Below are positions 61,001 to 64,000 of a DNA stretch of 64,000 bases, piece after piece. The DNA comes from Albugo candida (lineage: Eukaryota): the NCBI GenBank assembly GCA_040437565.1, contig JBDOQK010000004.1, forward strand, positions 558,001 to 622,000, written 5' to 3'. The number at the start of each line of letters is the position of its first letter. Position 1 is the first letter of the stretch. Made by a program: the position numbers and the translations under genes. A model generated the notes under the pieces. The model saw only the letters and a list, made by a program, of their open reading frames with translations, made no database searches and was not told the DNA's origin.

Positions 61001-63368
61001 GCTATTAAGCTATATCAGTGATGGTACCACCGAAGTGGTCAATCCGCTCAACGAGAAACTTATCCTCGTATTATTCAAACGATTTCGTTGGAAGCAAAAT
61101 TTGCACATGTTACTGCGTCATTTCTCCAGTCTTGACAACTATATTGGAGGAGCCGAGAAGAATTCTCAAGAACTATCATCAAAGAATGTTGATGCAGGGG
61201 TAAAGACGAGCACGTTCGGAAAGAACTCACGAATATGCAATCGAGTCATGGCATCGACTTTAGGGGGCTTCTTTGAGTGGAAGGCAACCATTGAACAATT
61301 TATACGGCTTGATCCTGGTCTGGCTGATTATGCTTTCAAAATGGACCTTGCAGACGGTGATTCTTCATATTTTGCTAAGCTACCAGCCAAAACTAGTTCA
61401 GTAGCCTCTCTCTACAATACTTTTGGCGACTTCTTCATCAGCATTGGCTGCTTGGAACTCGCTGTAAAATGCTACGATCTGATAGGAAATGATCAAGCTT
61501 TACTCACACTGATGATCAAACTCGGAGGCTTCAGACGGCTTGAGAAAATGTCTAATGGAAAGATGAGTACTGCCAAAACGCTATCGCGAGTGCTGCAAAG
61601 TGAGTGGTCGAGGCTCTACGCAAAGTTATCTTGTATTTCATTGCTAGGTGCTATTGAGAGCAACATGACAGCTTCAAGACTCGACTCAGGACATTGGCGA
61701 CGTCATGATTGCTTTTCATTGCTGTGTTGTGACCAGATCTTCTCAAATCAAGAAAGACGTACTAGACTCTTACCGTTGTCTCAAGCCTCTACTTTTATGC
61801 AGTTGCATCATGAGAGTCAGAATGAGGTTTGCGCATATAGTAATGTCCGGAACGATGTGACAGCAACTGTTCTACCATGGAAAAGATTGAGACCGGAAGA
61901 CTTCAAAGATTGGATCGGCAAATCTTTGGATAGTGCTTCGACTCGCGATACCATTGAAAAGGATCCTGAAGAATGTAATACATTAAGACTTGCTGATGAT
62001 GAGCCGAGGAACCCAAGATACGAGATACTTATGCAACGCCAAACAGATAGGGAGGATGCTGACGATGGCAAACTCGACATAGCACTTCAATCCTTAAAGA
62101 CCGAATATGATACAACAGCCACAAAGGACTCAATTCCGCAGCTCGTCAAAATTAGTATTGGACCTTTTCTTGATGATGAGGATGCTGTCATCGCGTATTG
62201 GCGATTTGAGGAAGGCAATAGCATTCTGAAGCAAAGTGAGAATGAAAAGCAAGACATGAGAGCATATCAGCTTTCTCACTTCGACTCGTACGACATGTCT
62301 AAACATGAAAATCACCTCAAAGTTTTATCTTTTGGTGGTTTGTATGATCCCTCCGATGAAATAGCTCCCGTGTGCATGACATTTGCTCCTTCAAGCAGTC
62401 CTGTTGATAGAGGAGAACCAGGCCGGGTGCAAGAGCCTTTCACATTACGATTTCCGAGTAGCGATCAGAACCGAGAGGTATATGGAGCAAAGTGTCACGT
62501 GTTCGAAGGAAGTTCACTGGATCTGGGATTAGTATTTGATGATGACCCATATCGTCGCAAGCTCACTGTCGAATGCTGGATTCGTAATTTCTGCATTGTG
62601 AAGGAATCACAGTCCAGCGGCAAATATGACTGTGAGGATGACTCTCTTGATGATCCCGAATCATCAGCGATAAACGAGATGAGAGACACCCGACTGCGCC
62701 AGTTGATTGGTAGGAGCTCTGATAGTGGGTCTGTGTGGTGGGAATTATACCTCGAGGAGGCCTCTTTATGTCTTCGTTATGCCGACCAGGTTCTACAAAG
62801 CGATTTTAAAGTGACAAATGCTTCTTCTTGGCAACATATTGCCTTCACCATCGATATTCCTTCATACGGCCATGCACTCGGAAAGCTGTTTATACAAGGA
62901 CAGCTTGCGGGAGTCAAAGCCTTTGCATCATTCGACGAGACGAATCAAGCAAAAATCGCGGATCCCGAGAGTCCCAGTAAAAGACAAGGGTCATTTTTAT
63001 GGATGGGCAAAAGCCTCGAGAATTATGAGATGACTGAGATTCGATTATGGGCTACTGCCCGATCTCTTGAGCAGCTGCAAGATATGAAGGAGAATTACCT
63101 TGGGATCGCGGAGACGAAAAAGAAGCTCAAAGTTGCGATCCACAAGCGAAATTGCCAATGTGACAAATGTATTGGGTATCGGAAGCGAAAGACTGGCGCG
63201 CTCGTTGCACCAGAGAATTCCCAGCCACTAAATAAGACGGGAAGTAGCAATTTGACAGATGGGGTGGGATTTGTCAGCATACGATCGTGCTTCCCTTCAA
63301 CGCCTCCTTCTTCCAAGTCTCGTGAGCGAAGGTTGCCACAACCCACGCATACAAACGCTCCCAACTAG
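58021..63368 (+). CDS. TSET/TPLATE complex TTRAY/TWD40-like coat protein (WD40 plus alpha-solenoid) with C-terminal LamG/concanavalin-A-like domain; exons 58021-58080, 58149-58694, 58756-58982, 59039-63368
   Basis: Three GT-AG introns join the ORFs in frame. WD-type LCVGHTDGSFQLWNV and TLEVWKVD. The segments AAVLTTDRIIILS...LWIAQSLL, LVAAIGDRL, EPIAAGF and P.TS....Y..FG.....G....A...YDLIG recall plant TWD40/Dictyostelium TTRAY from memory. LamG-like AYWRFEEG, TVECWI, WQHIAFT, EIRLWATARS. Contains an artefactual 357-nt gap duplication. Confidence 0.68.
59941..60554. repeat. Gap-flanking direct duplication inside the TTRAY-like CDS (59941-60197 = 60298-60554)
   Basis: 257 bp identical; the offset of 357 keeps the reading frame. 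Confidence 0.85.
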
Positions 63369-63475
63369 ATTGATACGGAACTAGTAAGAGTAATAGCTTG
63401 GATGCTACCATTGCTCGAAGGAGACAGTCTAGTATAACAAATAAAGCGGTTGTATTCCTTCTTCACGGCGTAATA

Positions 63476-64000
63476 ATGACACTAGCAGGCTCACTTTACC
63501 GCCATACGCCGCGCCTATTTCACAAGCATAAACCTGGCAATTGGACACAAGTTTGGTGTGAGCTATTGCTTTCCTCGGGTGAGATTGTCTTATACCAAGA
63601 AAAAGGTGGACGACGGATTATTTTCATACCGATATGCTCGAGCGAATTCGCGCATGTTCGATGTGAAGGTCGCGACTGCATTGAAATTCGGATCCAGCGT
63701 AATAAGAAGGAGATATTCTCCTCCCACGAATCCAGCTACGATGTGGACTTTTGGTCTCAATCTTTTATGCATTCATTGTTGCTTCATTTCCCACGAACTT
63801 TAGTTATTGGATTTTGCTGTGCTTAGGATGAATACGCTTGTGTCGGTGAAGCGAGACATTGAACGAGGCGTTCGGCCTCTCATTTCCATCGTGTGCCCTC
63901 CTTTGGATCCTCCATTGCCACCTAGAACCAGCTCGTCTAGAAGGAAGAGTATTTCCAATCCATCTGATTCAACTTCGTCATCCTCTCCGGGTACACAGAA
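63476..64000 (+). CDS. PH-domain protein, 5' part (runs off the window)
   Basis: MTLAGSLYRH...NWTQVWCEL...IVLYQE...CIEI...; removing intron 63754-63826 restores the PH C-terminal helix DFWMNTLVSV, followed by a Pro/Ser-rich linker. Confidence 0.65.

Overview
Eukaryotic DNA with short (about 50-75 nt) GT-AG introns, most likely from an oomycete of the genus Albugo (inferred from a CCG-class effector and the compact gene style). The layout has three parts. (1) About 2.8-14.1 kb: tightly packed housekeeping genes (LLPH-like, ADAT3/TAD3, DDX54/DBP10, UGGT, TrmO). (2) About 14.2-49.2 kb: a gene-sparse island of nested, decayed transposons and pseudogenes. It holds two L1/Tx1-like LINEs, a Ty3/Gypsy element with LTRs and a 5-bp TSD, two Copia elements, a Mutator element with TIRs and a 9-bp TSD, and a further TIR element. 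Its only long intact non-transposon ORF is a candidate secreted CxxCxxxxxG (CCG) effector. (3) About 49.2-64 kb: gene-dense again (coiled-coil/TRAF-zinc-finger/SAM protein, EAF6, Na+/H+ exchanger, a TSET TTRAY-like coat protein with a C-terminal LamG-like domain, and a PH-domain gene running off the end). There are twelve 100-N scaffold gaps; six are flanked by near-identical direct duplications that look like assembly overlaps. All calls come from reading motifs by eye; no database search was run.
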